Source: the human T2T-CHM13v2.0 reference genome, Homo sapiens. Taken from it: a stretch of DNA of 64,000 nt. The stretch is taken from the NCBI RefSeq assembly GCF_009914755.1, contig NC_060941.1. One strand, written 5' to 3'. Numbering within the stretch: the stretch's first letter is position 1; each line of letters opens with the position of its first letter. The notes under the pieces were generated by a model, which saw nothing but the letters and a program-made list of their open reading frames with translations, was not told the DNA's origin and did no database searches. A program made the position numbers and the translations under genes. This document shows positions 41,008 through 56,963 of the stretch, piece by piece.

Positions 41008-42019
41008 CTTGCTGCATTTTCTTTTTAATCCTTGCTGTGCATTAGATGTGGCACCAAGCCAGCTGATGCTAGATAAAGGGCCAGGGTCGTTTATGAGTTA
41101 GTGTTTAGTGAAGACCTACTTCAGAGCGCAGCAGCAGCAGGCATTGCCCTTTTAAAACTCCTGCTGCAGGTCAGCAGCAGCTGTGTCTGGGAGCTCATGG
41201 CCAGGACAGAGGAAAGCCATCCTGAGTGCTTCGTCACCCATTCCCTTGCCTGTGGCCCGCTATTGGCTGGCAGCTCTGGACAGGCCATTCTGCATTGATA
41301 TGAGACCCCCACCTCAATGCCACACACTGCAACCACACCACCCCTTCCTCTGCTGTCCGTATCCAGCGCAGACTTCCCGGACCTCCAGCCCCTACCATGT
41401 ACAGAATTTGAGGCATCTACACTGACAGCCCTTTCTTTCCCTGTCCTGCCCACAGGAAAATCAACACATTTTCTTCACTAATAAAGTGAAGATTCAAATG
41501 ACAGGAACCTTAAATCTCATTTTAAAGTGATGAATACAAAATGCATTTGAAGGCTAAAGTTTAGGGTGCTCCAAATAGCTTAAAAGATTTGATGCTGGCT
41601 GGGAAGAAGTCTGGAAGTGTTTCTTTCAGGGAGCAAAGAAAAGCCATACCATGGGACATAAGCCCCTCTTTGGAAGGCCTCTTCCAAAGCCTATAGTTTG
41701 CCCCCAGAAAGTGATGTTTTGGTTCAGATGCCATCAGATGTGTGGGATTGGCAAGACATGGGAAACAGAGTGCAGCTCACAGATACGCGCGTGAGCCCGG
41801 CAGGCCTGGCCAAGGGGAGATAGGAACTGGGAGATGTAGGGCACCTGCTGATGGCAGACAGTGGGCTGTGCTGGGAGGCTTGCACCTGGCTGGATAAAGT
41901 GCTGAAGGAGCGTGTTCTTGCACGTGTTCATGCACCCATGGTCAGAGGCCACAAGGCTGTTCCGGGACCCATTCATTAGAATAGAGTCCTCAAGTCCTAA
42001 AGTACAGTGTCATCTTCGA

Positions 42020-42240
42020 TGAAAAATGGTTTCTGTGGTCCAAGTGAGAGGACCCCTGAGTCAGATCAGCATCGAGTCATTGCAGAAATCCACAGGGATC
42101 CTCGGGCAGCCCTGCCTCCATCTTCCCAGTCTGAGAGATGGGGCAAAGTGCTGCTTCTCAAGGGTTTTGAGGATTAATGAGCTGACATTTGAAAACTGCT
42201 TGGGAGACGAATTGGAAGTGCTAAGTATTACTATTTCATG
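42020..42240 (+). mobile_element. MIR
   Basis: tcaagggttttgaggattaatgagctgacatttgaaa. Confidence 0.55.
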
Positions 42241-42486
42241 TGGAAGTCTGAAAATAACTGCACCGAAGTGTTCTGATAAATAACTAAATTGAGCTAGTGA
42301 GGGGGAAATTTCAGCCGTCTAGAGAGTGTTTCTCTTAAATATTTTTTCTCTCAAGTGGAAAGGAGTGAGGGGGAGAGTGAGGAAGAATTTATCCAGGGAG
42401 AATTTGTGTGCGTTATGCCGCCCACAAATGGAAGAATATTGAGTCGGCCTCACCAGTCTGGCGTCATCTTGGTTGCTTGCTTTTTG

Positions 42487-42783
<297 letters not shown>

Positions 42784-43314
42784 TGGTTGCTTGCTTTTTG
42801 CTCCTTCTTCAACTCCAAACCCAAGGCATTGCCAAGCAAATGCAGTCCCCCCATGATTAATTCAGTTGTCTCTACCACATGACACCTTCACAAGGTCTTT
42901 TCTGCTTTTTCAAAACTTTCCCATCCTTTACGATTAGTGTCATTCCTGAAGATTTTTGGCCAAATGGCAGTTTCTCCATTCCTTCTGTTGTAGCACCTGA
43001 TTGTGCCACAATCAGTCACTGCATTTGCCCATTGGTTTAAATGTCTGTTTTAGCTTGCCTCTTCACCTGGGGCATGGGAGGCAGAAAGGGTGCATTTTTC
43101 ATGTGTGCTGGGCCTGCCACGTATTTGTTGTCAGTTTGTTCTTAATTGCGCTGTTTGTCACACCACCGTTCTGCCCCACGAGGTTTCCCCATCTACTCCT
43201 TCCTCTGTCTTGGTCCCATAGGACTTTCAGCCTTTTGTGTGGCTGGGTTTTCTGCAGGCCTCTTTGGGGGCTGGTATGGATGGCCTTGGGTGGGGAGGGT
43301 GCCTGGGCCCCTGA

Positions 43315-43877
<563 letters not shown>

Positions 43878-45959
43878 TAGGCTTATGGCACATTTTTGTG
43901 TTTCTCTGGCTCTAGTCCATGGCACATAAACTGGGGTTGGGAGCAGGCATTTAAATCCCCAGGGCTAGCTCTTGTCCTGTCTCTGCCTCGCTGTATCCCG
44001 CTCTCTGGAGGTGGGAGGGAGCTGTGCCTGCCATGCATCCACCAAGCAGATGCTTCTGTCCCTGGAATCCCAGCTTTGCTTGGTGATCAGAAACTCCAGG
44101 GGTATCAGTCAGTCTTGACCCTTTGGAGGAGGTCACCACCACATCCAGGCAGGGACAGCGATTTATGCTTTTCCACTGATACCTGTTCTAGAACCAGAGG
44201 GGGTCAGCCAGCATGGTGCACTGAGTCCCCAGAGCAGGGTCCCAGGTGCAGCCTGAAGGATGGAAAAGACATGGGCCCTGCCCTCAGGGAGCGGATGCTC
44301 TGGCAGGAACTTACCATGGTCATGCAGACGTCAGGGTGGAACAAAGGAAGGCGCATTAATAAACCGCAAATGTGAAGTGAGTAGAATAAAAGGTAGAGTG
44401 GCGACCCACCCGCTCAAATATATTGAGTAGCCTCTCCTTCCCCTTACCGCCACCCACCCCACACTTACCCAGAGACACAGAGAAGGTTCATTAAGCTGGA
44501 ATAGTCATCTTTCCTTCCTGCGTGCCTTGAGACTGGGGCTCCTCGGCTTTCGAGACCATCTGGGCTCAAGTCCTGCTGGCTCAGAACGCCTCTCATTTGC
44601 TCCTGGAGCGGGGTGTTGCCCTGGGGAGGCAGGTTTCTCTCGTGCGTACGGATGTTGTTTCCCGGGGTTGATGCAGCGTACTAACCCCAGCTCTGCCTCT
44701 GGCCCTGCTGTGTCACCGTGCACAGCAGGGTTGATTAAGCCCCTGACCCCTTGACCTCAGTTGGCACTGTTGGATGTCCCCCAGGCTATTTGGCAATGGG
44801 GTATTGGTTTCAGCAGAGACTGAAGGTGGTCTCTCTGACATCATTTTGTTCCCCCAGGTTTCTTTCTGAAAAGCCAGAACCTCACCTTCAGGGTGGAGGC
44901 CCAGCCATTCCGCAGCTCACACAGGCCAGGCCCACACAGACAGCTGTGCTTTCTGCAGTTTCCCTGCCCTGCTCCCGTGGCTTACATTCCACTCCAGACA
45001 CACACACCTGCTGCTCCATTACCAGGTCCCTGGTGCCCCTTTGCTTAGAAACCACCTCCTGCCATTTTTGTGATGAACCGTCTCCCCCAGCTAAGTTAGT
45101 GTCATTTTTACCCTGAGTATTCAGAGCCCTTGAGTGCATGAATGAATGACTAAAAACTGGGCCTTGACAGAGTGCCTGTATGTGCGCTGCATGGGGCCTG
45201 CACAGCCTAGAGCACTTATCACGTATCCTGCACTGATGGCGCCTCTGTCCCCACGAACTCAAGGACAGGAATCAAGTCTTCCTCATTTAAAAAGTCTTTG
45301 GGCCTAATATGGTAAATATGAGTTGATTAATTTTTTTTTTCAAATGAATGAATGGATTCTAAAGGTAGCACCACTGCCTCTGACAAACTTCTTTTTAAGT
45401 TAAGGGCTGCCCATTTGCTGAACAGAAGGAGCTCATTCAGCCCAGTTGTTAGGGCATTAAGTGGGCTTAGGGTAATAGCTCTGAAGCTGCTGTCACCTGT
45501 TGCCATCTGGCCAGAGTAGCCTCCTCAGGTAAGGGCTGAATCTCTTTGCTATGCAGGATGACACAGGGGGTCCTCACTGGAATAGAGGTTGGCCTCAGTG
45601 AGTTAATTTCCTCGTTGAACAGAACTCAGAGGCCGCAGAGTCTTAGTTAAGACTTGGCTGTAAATCACAGAAACCATCTCATGTCGGCACAAGCCTGTCT
45701 GTCTCTCTCTGTTGCCTGGTTTTCCATGCTTCTGCAGCCTTGTGGCAGGACACGGCTGCCTCCCATGTGGGCAGCATGGGCTGGACAGATAGATGTTAGA
45801 GAAAGTGGCCATTGTGTCTCATCCTGGGTACTCCTTGCTCAGGTGAAGCCAGCCTTGCCACTAATTTTAACTTCACTTAGCATCAACATCCTAACTGTAG
45901 AAAGAGGGAGGTCCTCAGACATGAACAATACTAGATCTTCTGACCAGCTCGCTGAGGAT

Positions 45960-46520
<561 letters not shown>

Positions 46521-48241
46521 GGTGAGCTGGGACCTGGGTCTAGGTGCCCTAGCAGGCACTGTTTGTGGACACATGGGTCATTGGCAGAAGAACTGCAATG
46601 CCTTTTATAAATCTAGAATTCGACAGTGTCACCAAGCAGATGGGATTCTGCAAAAGACAGGACTATGTGCCCATGACCACATTTGCCATCATTTGATTTT
46701 AAATTGACAGCAGTTAGGGCGGAGGGGCTCCTTCACTGCAGTCCCTCAGGGAGCCTCACCCCCCTCCCGGGCTCTCAAACCCTCTGGCCAGCTCCTTGTG
46801 CTTCTCCTGTGGTGATGAAGGGCAGTTTCTTGAGTGCCACATAGTTCCTGAGATCTACAGAGACATCTTGACCTTGGAAATTCCTATCGTTCTTAGAAAA
46901 TCCCTAGTTCTGGAGCTAAAGTAGGAAAAATTATAGAGCTGAGTAGTTGAGGAGCAGTTTAATTAAAAACGACAAAAAAAGAAATGTAAATGAATTAGGC
47001 AAAAATCTTCATGGGGCATCATTATTGGTAGAGGAGGACCCTGAGAGGAGATTAAGATTTCCTTTTATTTATTTTTAAGTTCCATTGTAATTGAACCCTT
47101 AGGCTTGAGAGGGTAAGGATTCCTCACACAGTCTGATTTCAACAAGAATTTGTCTTTGTTAATTTATATAGGGAAGTGTAGTAAATCTACCAGGAACAGG
47201 ACGTTGGCCCCTGTACTATTTCAAGGGGGTCTTGAGAGTAATAGCGCCTGACAGTTTTCCAGCAGCTAAGGGATTTTTTTTTCTGCTTCAGAAAGCAAAA
47301 TGTTGTATGAGTTGTGCAAAATGTAGAAATGATTTGAAGAATTAGGGTGCAGCAAATAGTACAGTTTTCAGCAAAGCACTGAAGACTTCATCAAGTTATA
47401 AAGTTAGCAAGTGGAGGGAAGACAGGGGTGGACCAGTGGGGTACAGCACAGGTGTGCTGTGGGCCTGTCATTCTTGTTTAATTTCCTTTTTCCCTGGTCC
47501 CAATTTGAATTGCCAAAATATGTTAGATTGCAGTGCATTATTTCATTTGCCTGCTTTGTAATTCCTCTTTACCTCAAACAGATGAAAACATGGCACTAAA
47601 GCAAATTGACAGCTCTTGAAATGAGAAAGATCTTTATCCTTCAGAGTGTTGATGTAGAAATAAATGAAAGAAAAACATACTTGTTGGGTCTTGAAGCAGC
47701 TTGAATTGATACTTTTTTTTTTGTTTGTTTTTTAAGGGAAGATATGGGTTTTTCCCTCTCCGTTCTTTTTTCCCCCTTAGGGTGTTGTGTGGCTCAGGGA
47801 TTAAGTAGGAGGGTTGGTTATTCTGTCAATACTCATTTACAAAGATCTGAGTCATGATTTGGGTGTAAGGAGTAGACCAAAAATTTCCAACCTCTCAGGG
47901 TCAACAGAAGGAATGCCGAGTCCTCAAGTTGACTTCCTTACCTCAAAAAATCTATCAGGCACCATGGGTACCCCACCCCAAACCACATATGGGCCAACTG
48001 AAATGTCAGGCCTGCTTGCCTTACACAGAGCACCCCGACACACCCCATCCCAGCCACTTCACGCTGCCAAAAAGCTCCAGTGATGATCAGGATGAATATT
48101 GATAAATGATTTTCCATACTTCAAAAGTAAGTAGTTTGGTGTATGAAAGATCTCAAAACATTTAAGGTCTGTGTTTCAAAAATTAAATGAAACACAGGCC
48201 TAATGGCTCAAAATAGAAAGATTGGAAACCACTGGGTTTGA

Positions 48242-48565
<324 letters not shown>

Positions 48566-48969
48566 TTATCTGAATTCTTTTCTTTATCCTCCAAAATCTT
48601 CCTGAAACTCAACAGTACGCACTTATTGGACGCTTATTTTTGTATTAATCCCTCTAGTGGGCGCTAGGTAGGGAATGCAGAGCTGTATATGAAATTTCCT
48701 GAGGACTAGGGAGAGGAAGCGATGGGGGAGTGTGGACCACCAATTCATGTATTCATGTGACAGAATAAGATTTCAGAGTTGTGTATGCCAGCGCCAAATA
48801 CAAGAAACAGATAAGGGATAGATATTTCTACTGTATGCCTACCTTATTTATGCCTACTTTATCCAAATCAACAGAAATGAGGGCATAGTTGTTTGTATTA
48901 TAAACAGATCTGCCATGGGGTTTCTTGAAATCATGAGCCCCCTTGTGGTTTCTTTTTATTATTATTATA

Positions 48970-49485
48970 CATTTTTATTTTAAAATAGTGTAGGACTCAC
49001 AAGAAGTTGTAAAAATAGGACAAAGAGCTCTTGTGAACCCTTCATCCAGCTTCCCACAATGATAGTACTCCCATAACCACAGTACTTTGTTAAAGCCAGG
49101 AAACCAGTGTTGGTACCTTATCAGTTTTCATGTGTATTTGTGTGTAATTCTTTAAAATTGTACTACCTGGAGATTTGAGTAACTATCACTACAATCAGGA
49201 TATATAATAGAACTGTTCCATCACCCCAACAAACTCCTTGTGTTTCTCCTTAATAGTTACACCCTGGCCCCACTCCTAACTCCTGGCAACCACTGATCTG
49301 TTCCTCATCACAATAATGTTGTCGTTTTGAGAATGTCACAGAAATGGAGTCATACAGTATGTAATACAGCCTTGATACTGACTTTTTCACTTGGTATGAT
49401 CCCTCTGGTCAGTTGTGCACCAGTTGTGTACCAGCTGTATTCCATTGTAGGAATGGAATGGAATGGTTTGTTTGTCCATTCCCCC
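48970..49485 (-). mobile_element. L1M (L1MC/L1MD-like) 3' fragment
   Basis: gactcacaagaagttgtaaaaatag...ctcctggcaaccactgatctg...aaatggagtcatacagtatgtaa. Confidence 0.8.
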
Positions 49486-49629
49486 TGTGTTTCCAAAAGA
49501 TGGTTTATTTGCATGCGACCCATTGCATCACAGTACATCAAGCCGGGTACACTTACAAAGTTAAACCTCACTCATCCGTACTGATTTCACAACTTTGTAG
49601 TTATCAATACAAAGTCTGTTATCCCATTA

Positions 49630-49930
49630 TGCAGTCCTCATCCAACAGATATTTGTTGAGCATCTGTGCATGCCGGGGCTGGAATGCATTCTGGTAATAG
49701 CATAGGGTAGTCATTTGCCACAGGCCAAATGCTTTCCTGCGTGTTGTATCAATAGTTTCTACTTTTCAATGCTGGGGTGAAGGTTAACAGTGATCACGTG
49801 TTCCTTTTACACACAAGGAAGCTGAGCTGCTTTGGAAAGCCATGCCCAAGATCATGCGTAAGTGGAAATGGAGTGGGATTTGAACCCAGGATGTGTGATG
49901 GCATGCCAAGTTTCTTTTATTCTGTAACTG
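49630..49930 (-). mobile_element. L2 tail fragment followed by MIR
   Basis: catccaacagatatttgttgagcatctg; gcccaagatcatgcgtaagtgg...gggatttgaacccagg. Confidence 0.65.
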
Positions 49931-52829
49931 TGGCTTCAACTGTACCCGCTGAATTGCTTACAGCCAGTTTGCTCCTCTAGAAAATGAGTGGACTGGACTC
50001 ATATCCTTTTTATCCTCTCTGCCTTGAAGAGTTTATGATCCTCCCTGAACAAGAAGTAACTTTGCCCAGTGACTGCATCTCTCAGCCTGTTGCTGCACTT
50101 GAAGTTTGTTCTCAGCAGCATTTTCTTAGCCATTATTTGAAGACAGTTTCGGAATTCAAAAGTAGCAAATTAGAATTCCTCTAAAAACAGTCGGTAGTTC
50201 AGACCTTCCCTCATTTTGCTAATTTTTGACAGGGTCTTTGGGTCAGGACCAGGACTGGGAAACCCATGGGACTCTAGGGATGACTTTAGGGATAAGGGGA
50301 TTGGGGAGATTGGCTGCCAGGCAGCCCAAAGGGGAAGGAGCAGGAACTTCCTTGGATGTCATCAAAGCCCCATGAAGAAACTCTGGGGCTGAGTGGTGCT
50401 GAGTGCGCTGATTCGGGTGCCTGATGCTATACAGTTCGCAGAATTCTGCCTTGTGCCAGAATTGCTGGGGATCAGAGGAGGCTGCTATTTCAGGCATCTA
50501 AGTGCTACTGCTGCTGAATTCAGGCCTGAGCAGCTTGTCCGAGAGGGCGGGGCAGAGATGCTCCTCCAAGCTTTTGAAGCTCCACGAAGGGTTCAAAGGA
50601 GTCTTGGAGAAGGGATTCCTGTACTGGGCGGGAAGTGGAAAGGTGACCTTTGGGTCACTTCTAACTCCTGAGTCTGTGATTCTGAGGCAAATGGAACTTC
50701 CTCTCTCCCTCGGTTACCAACATGCACTCCAAGATCTGGCTGAGTTCATTGGAATCAAAGGCTGGTACCTTCAAAGGGCTGGTGGAGAGAAAAGGGCCTG
50801 GGGCTTGGGAAACCTGCAGCTACTCCGTGACCTCTGGCTTATCCCCTTGCCCCTCCTCTGTTGTGGCCAAGAAAAGTGGTGGGGCTCTGGGACCCAACAG
50901 ACCAGAGTCCACCTCCCATCAGAGTGGCAGAAAGAGATGGTGGGGGATGGGGAGGCACCGTAGTACAGGGGTGTCAGAGAGCCCAAAGGTCATTCTAAAC
51001 ACACATTTTTTCATCTGTGCTCTGCAACCAACTCTGCGTGTTTGTCAGACAAAAGAGCTTTAATAAATATTAGTTTAATGAATAAATGTGTCACCTTGGC
51101 AGAGCTCTCCCTCTCCCTCAGTCTTCTTTTTTCATCAGCCAGTCTTAAAGAGAGCAGGGTGGAAGATGTCTGAAGCCCTGTCCTGAAAGCTGATGCCCTC
51201 AGAAGTTCCCTGCACTGGGGCCCCTGGCCTTTCTGAAATGTAGGCAAGCCCTTCATCCCATTATCAAGCCATGTTATTTACCCTCCCTGTTTTCCAGACA
51301 GAAAGAAGGTGCAGATGGCCCATGGGATTAAAATTGGGATTGGAACCAAGATTTTCCAAGCCTACAAAACTCCTTTCTCCTCTCCCCCTCCCCTCCCCAG
51401 GCGTATGGCTGCAGCTACGCTTGTCACCATCCGAGACTGCATTGGCCACAGGAGATGTGGATGATTTTTCCATTTGTCCTGATGTTTATTTCATGCCCAT
51501 CAATATCAGCCCGTATTAGGACAGATGAGGTGGCTATTTACAGGCTGTGCATTTTCACACTTGGTAATTATAAACCCTTCCCTGGTTCGGTCAGAGTCGT
51601 GGAGATCCATTTTGGCAATTAGCAGTTTAGTATTTGTTTAATGGGAATGTGAGAGAGTGTTCCGGCACATCAGTGCTCCCCTAAATGATTTGCCTCTCTC
51701 CTCTGGAGCTGGCAGGCTTGGGCCTTTTTCATGGTAGGTGAGGCCTGATGGGGAGAGGCTGGAGAGGGGGAGAAGGGAGCATTCAGCAGTTCAGCAGCCT
51801 GCCTGCCACTCCCCTCCCCCAGCACATGCACGCACGCACTCACAATCAGTGCTGAACACGGGCCTGGATTTCCAGAGCACAGCAGCCGCCACTTGAAGGA
51901 GCCTCACACGAGAGGCCGTTAGGCCAGATGCCATTTCCATGTGACAGCTGTCAAGCCTGCCGGATCCAACTGCTGCTCCTCAAACAGCTCTCTCTCTCAG
52001 TGTCTCTCTCCCCTTCCCTCATCGCCTCCTCTCTACACCCCATCTCAGATATCCCCAGTGACAGCCTGCTGCCCCACTCTCCAGGGTGGTGCTTGGGCCC
52101 ACGGCTTTGCAAGCTCAGCCAGAATGGAGCTCCCACCCAGTCCTACCTCTCACCGGGAGACTCTGCCTTCCCTGGCTTAGTCTTGAGATAGGGCCTCCTG
52201 GGACTGCTCCCCCAAGGGCACACTGGTTCTGTTAGTGGCCTTCCCTTGGCATAGTCCATTCACAATAAGAAAACCCACAGCATTGGGTGTGGCTCCCGGC
52301 TTAACTGCATGGACCATGTATGGGTGTCTGCATGCAGGCGAGGGGATTGCCAGGATGGGGCAGTGAATTGAGCCAGTGTCTGTTATGATGAGCATTTTCT
52401 GTGTGGTAGGCGCTCACTGGCTACCACATGAGCCTTCCTAACAACTCCAGGAAGCAAGACACACTGAGTATCCTTAGAGTCACTGCACGGGGCGGGGAGA
52501 CTCGCATGGCTGAGCCTGGACTGCGTTCCAGAGCCCTCTGGCAGTTCCAGCTCTGCTAGAGGTTTGCTCCATGACTATGGAGGAGCCCGGTGATCTCGAG
52601 CTTTTGGAATTCACTTATCTAAAAGGAAGAGACCCAATATCCTCCTCTTTCCTTTACCTTTCCAATCATTCCTCCTCTCCCGAGCCTACCGGGGCAATAT
52701 ACCTCCATTTCCTTGAGGTTACCTAATCACCTCTGTTCACTTTTTGGTAGAGTTTTAAAGCAGTGTTTGTTGGTTCATCCAGCAGACAGGGGCACTGCAC
52801 AAAGCTCTTAGGGATTCAAAAAACAGAAC

Positions 52830-53250
52830 ACAAGTAAGGGAGAACAGAAGACTTAGGGACTCATCTGATTTTAACTACTGGCTCCACCATTTACTTACCT
52901 GTGTGATCCTAGGCAAGTCACTTACTGTCGGTGAACCACAATTTCCTCACCTGTAAAATGGGTGTATGATGCCACGTGTGTGGGCACGTGCCTGTAATCC
53001 CAAGCTACTCAGGAGGCTGAGTCGGGAGGATCGCTGGAGCCCAGGAGTTTGATACCAGCCTGGGCAGACAAATCGAGACCCCATCCCTACAAAAAATAAA
53101 AAATAAAAATTTTTAAATTTTAAAAAGAGAAAAAAAATGGGTGCCTGAAATGGGTATGATAGTATCTACCTCCAAGCTATTGCAGTAATTAAATGAGCTT
53201 TGCAAATTGCCTATTACGCTCCAGTAAATGGTAGTTATTATAACAATCAT
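52830..53250 (+). mobile_element. MIR interrupted by an Alu monomer
   Basis: ggctccaccatttactt...ggcaagtcactta...tttcctcacctgtaaaatggg ... gatagtatctacctc. Confidence 0.75.
52971..53137 (+). mobile_element. Alu monomer (FLAM_A-like)
   Basis: gcctgtaatcccaagctactcaggaggctgag..ggaggatcgctggagcccaggagtttga plus A-rich tail. Confidence 0.75.
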
Positions 53251-53609
53251 TATTTCAGGAGGATAGACATTTTATAACTTAGAGTCTGATACAGACTTGT
53301 GGAATCAGAATCTCTGAGCAGGAGGTTTTGCCTTAGGTAGATAAAATGTCTACATCTCCAGGATTAAGTTGTCTGAAGACCCCACATCTTTCAGTTCCCA
53401 TGGGCAGGTGTCCCTTTGTTGAATTCATAACTGCTATCTGATAAACATTGTGCGTTTTTTCTTGTAAGCTAAATGGGAAAATAGAATGATCCCACAAGAA
53501 TAAAAGAAGTAAATGTAGGAAAAAATTAAGGGCTGTAAAGGTCTTGCTAATGGGGACAAAATACTCTGGCCATTGTAAGGTGTGGGAGCCTTCTGTGAAG
53601 AGTTCGAGA

Positions 53610-54024
<415 letters not shown>

Positions 54025-54769
54025 CTAGTTGAGGAGAAATTATGTAGACTTTTTCTCTTGTTAGTCAGTAAAGGCCTGGGTTCAAATTAAAATAAACAGG
54101 CTTTCAGATGGATGCAAACTAGCATTTTTTGACATTTGGAATGAAGGAAAAACGTGCCTGGCAGCAGCAGCTGGGATAGAAACTCCAAGCGCACCTTCAT
54201 CACTGCAGTCTTCCAGGGGTAAACACACAGGGACAGAAAGGCTGGCTGTAGCAGGAGGAGGCCAAGAACCTGAGATGGGCAGGAAGGCAGCGGCTGGCAG
54301 GCTGAGGCTTGGACTCAAAAGCCCAGCATCTGAACCCCAGGCCCAGCCCCTGCCGGCTCTAGGACAAACCAGTAGGAAAACTGAGTCTCAGAGAATTTGT
54401 AATACTCCCTTTCTCGTGGGGTTATTGTGACCACGAAAGTAGTAATAATACCTGTGAAAATATTGGTGGTGATGGGAAAAAAAACAATGGTTTTGTTAGG
54501 TTTTCTTAAAGCCCTCTGTTCATTTTTGGCTCTTCCGAGCTGCTTCTCATATAGAACTTTGGCTTTCTTGTACTAAGACTGAGTTAAGCTTAAGGAGAGC
54601 CCTAAGAAAGTAGGATGAGGCAAGGAGTGCCTGCTCCTGACTTCTGGCAGGGAATGAACTTCTAATCTTTAGGCAGCAGAAGGCCCATTAATACTCATTT
54701 ACTTAGGGCCTGTCTACACACACATATGCTGTGTTACGGCTCAACTCAGCTCTATTTAGCCATTTAGAA

Positions 54770-54907
54770 CGGTGGGTCTCGGCCTTGGCTGTACCCTGGA
54801 TCACTGGGGAGCTTTAAAAAATCCTCTTTCGGGCTGCCCACTCCAGAGTACTGATTTAATAGGTTGGGGTGTGGCCTTGGTGAGCAGTCACGGCTGAAAA
54901 ATCACTG
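54770..54907. mobile_element. MER5A1-like DNA transposon
   Basis: ccttggctgtac..ggatcactggggagctttaaaaaat...ctgatttaataggt...gctgaaaatcactg. Confidence 0.7.
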
Positions 54908-55699
54908 ATGTAGATTTCAGAATGAACCAATGGGATTTTCCAGTCTGCTCCTTCTTCTCCGTCCTTCCTCTTTGGAGAATGGTTAAAGACAGACCAACCC
55001 CACCCTTTTCAAGGCCAGAGCACACGGAAAAGTCTTATTTCAATAAACTACACATTATTCCTGAGCTTTACGGAAGGAACCGATTTGGGTTTTGCCTAAG
55101 CTGGCAGGGAGAGAGGTGGAGACAGTGCCTTCCCATGTTCTGCGTAATCCTGGACCCAGGCAGCGGCTGTCTCCACCACAGGCCCCAGGCACCTGTGGCC
55201 TGGGCAGTCCTGCCACCTCAGCCGAGTCTCACTCTTGTGGCCTTAGCTCCTTGAGTTTACAGAGCATAATGCCTGTTAAGCCTGACACACTATAGTATCA
55301 TGGTATTGCATTTGAGGGTGTTTATTTATACTAACACTTGGAGCGTTTGAGTGGGAGCAGGAAGAGAAATTCAAGGGCATTTGTTCTGGGGGAGTTTGGA
55401 GAGCTGGGTTTCTTCTCTTCCCTTTCCCCTCCCTCCTTGCATTTGACCAGATAATTTAAGGATCATCTGAAGTGCCGTTTCCTGCTTTGTTCTTGATATG
55501 TGTGGCTTGCGGGTGTGTATATTTATATCCCCAGAGGAGTAGGACATTTCTCAGGGCATGCATCGGCCACAGCAAAGCTCTGGAGCAGCCTCACAGCACA
55601 GAGAGTTTGCAAAAGCCCAGTGGCCAAGTCAATGCTTCCAGAGCATCGTCCCAGCTGCCTCTGGAGTCCATGTTAGCATTCCAGGCAGAGAGTCTTTAT

Positions 55700-55850
55700 G
55701 CATGGATCTTAGGGGCCATCTCATAGAATTTCCTCCTTTCACAGAAGAAAAACTGAGGATAGAGGAGGGAGGTGACTGGTCCTCAGTGAGATCCTGGTGG
55801 GGCTGGGATTAGAACCTGGACTCCCTCCATGCTTGGTGCGGCACTCCCCA
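55700..55850 (-). mobile_element. MIR fragment
   Basis: tttcacagaagaaaaactgagg...gggctgggattagaacctgg. Confidence 0.65.
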
Positions 55851-56060
55851 CCACACCCAGCTGCCTCCCAACACCTGCTGAGTTACGTACCAGCAACACT
55901 GCTCTTTAGCTGTCTCCTGGGAACAAGTTTTTTGTGTCCTCAGATCAGTTCAGCTTCACTCACCTACTATGTATTTGGGGAGCCAAAACTGTAAAACCTT
56001 CAGCAGAAGAGGCAGTGGTCCAGGGGACATACTGTAGGTTCCCACCCATTAGCCAGCTAA

Positions 56061-56420
<360 letters not shown>

Positions 56421-56963
56421 TAAAGTTTTCCTATTCAGCCAGCACGTGAGCTGGGCTGTCTCAAGTCTAACCCCTGGATGTGGTCAGTACCATCTGGCTA
56501 CTTCTAAAATCACCCAGCAAGAATGCCTGGCTCACAATAAATCTTTTGACTCATTAGAAAGAGGGTTCACTCATTCACTAAATGAATTAGGATTAGAGAG
56601 GCATCACCCACTGACTTGAGTGGTAATTATTGCTGATTTTCACGGTGCTCATTTAGTGAGGAACATGTTGCCAGTTTCTCTTGGCGCTTCTAGGATCTCT
56701 GTCTCCAACCTTGCTGATGGGGTGAGATTTAGAAGAGGTCCGTCCACACCTTAATGCCTGTGTTCCATGTGGAATGTTCCATGAAGAGCGTGCTCCATGT
56801 GGAATGTGGAACCTGATAGTTTAATTCTCTGCCACATTTAGCACTTTCCCTTATTCTGCCCCTTTTCTTTCCTTTGCTTTCTAGTATTATTTTAGACTGT
56901 CTATCTTCTGATTACAAGCTTTCTTTGTTGTTTTGGGGGATTTTTTTAGAATGAGGACCACGT

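Noticed and set aside
45521-45534. CTCCTCAG|GTAAGG as a recursive site
   Set aside because: Pyrimidine tract only ~7 nt with several AGs just upstream; poor acceptor.
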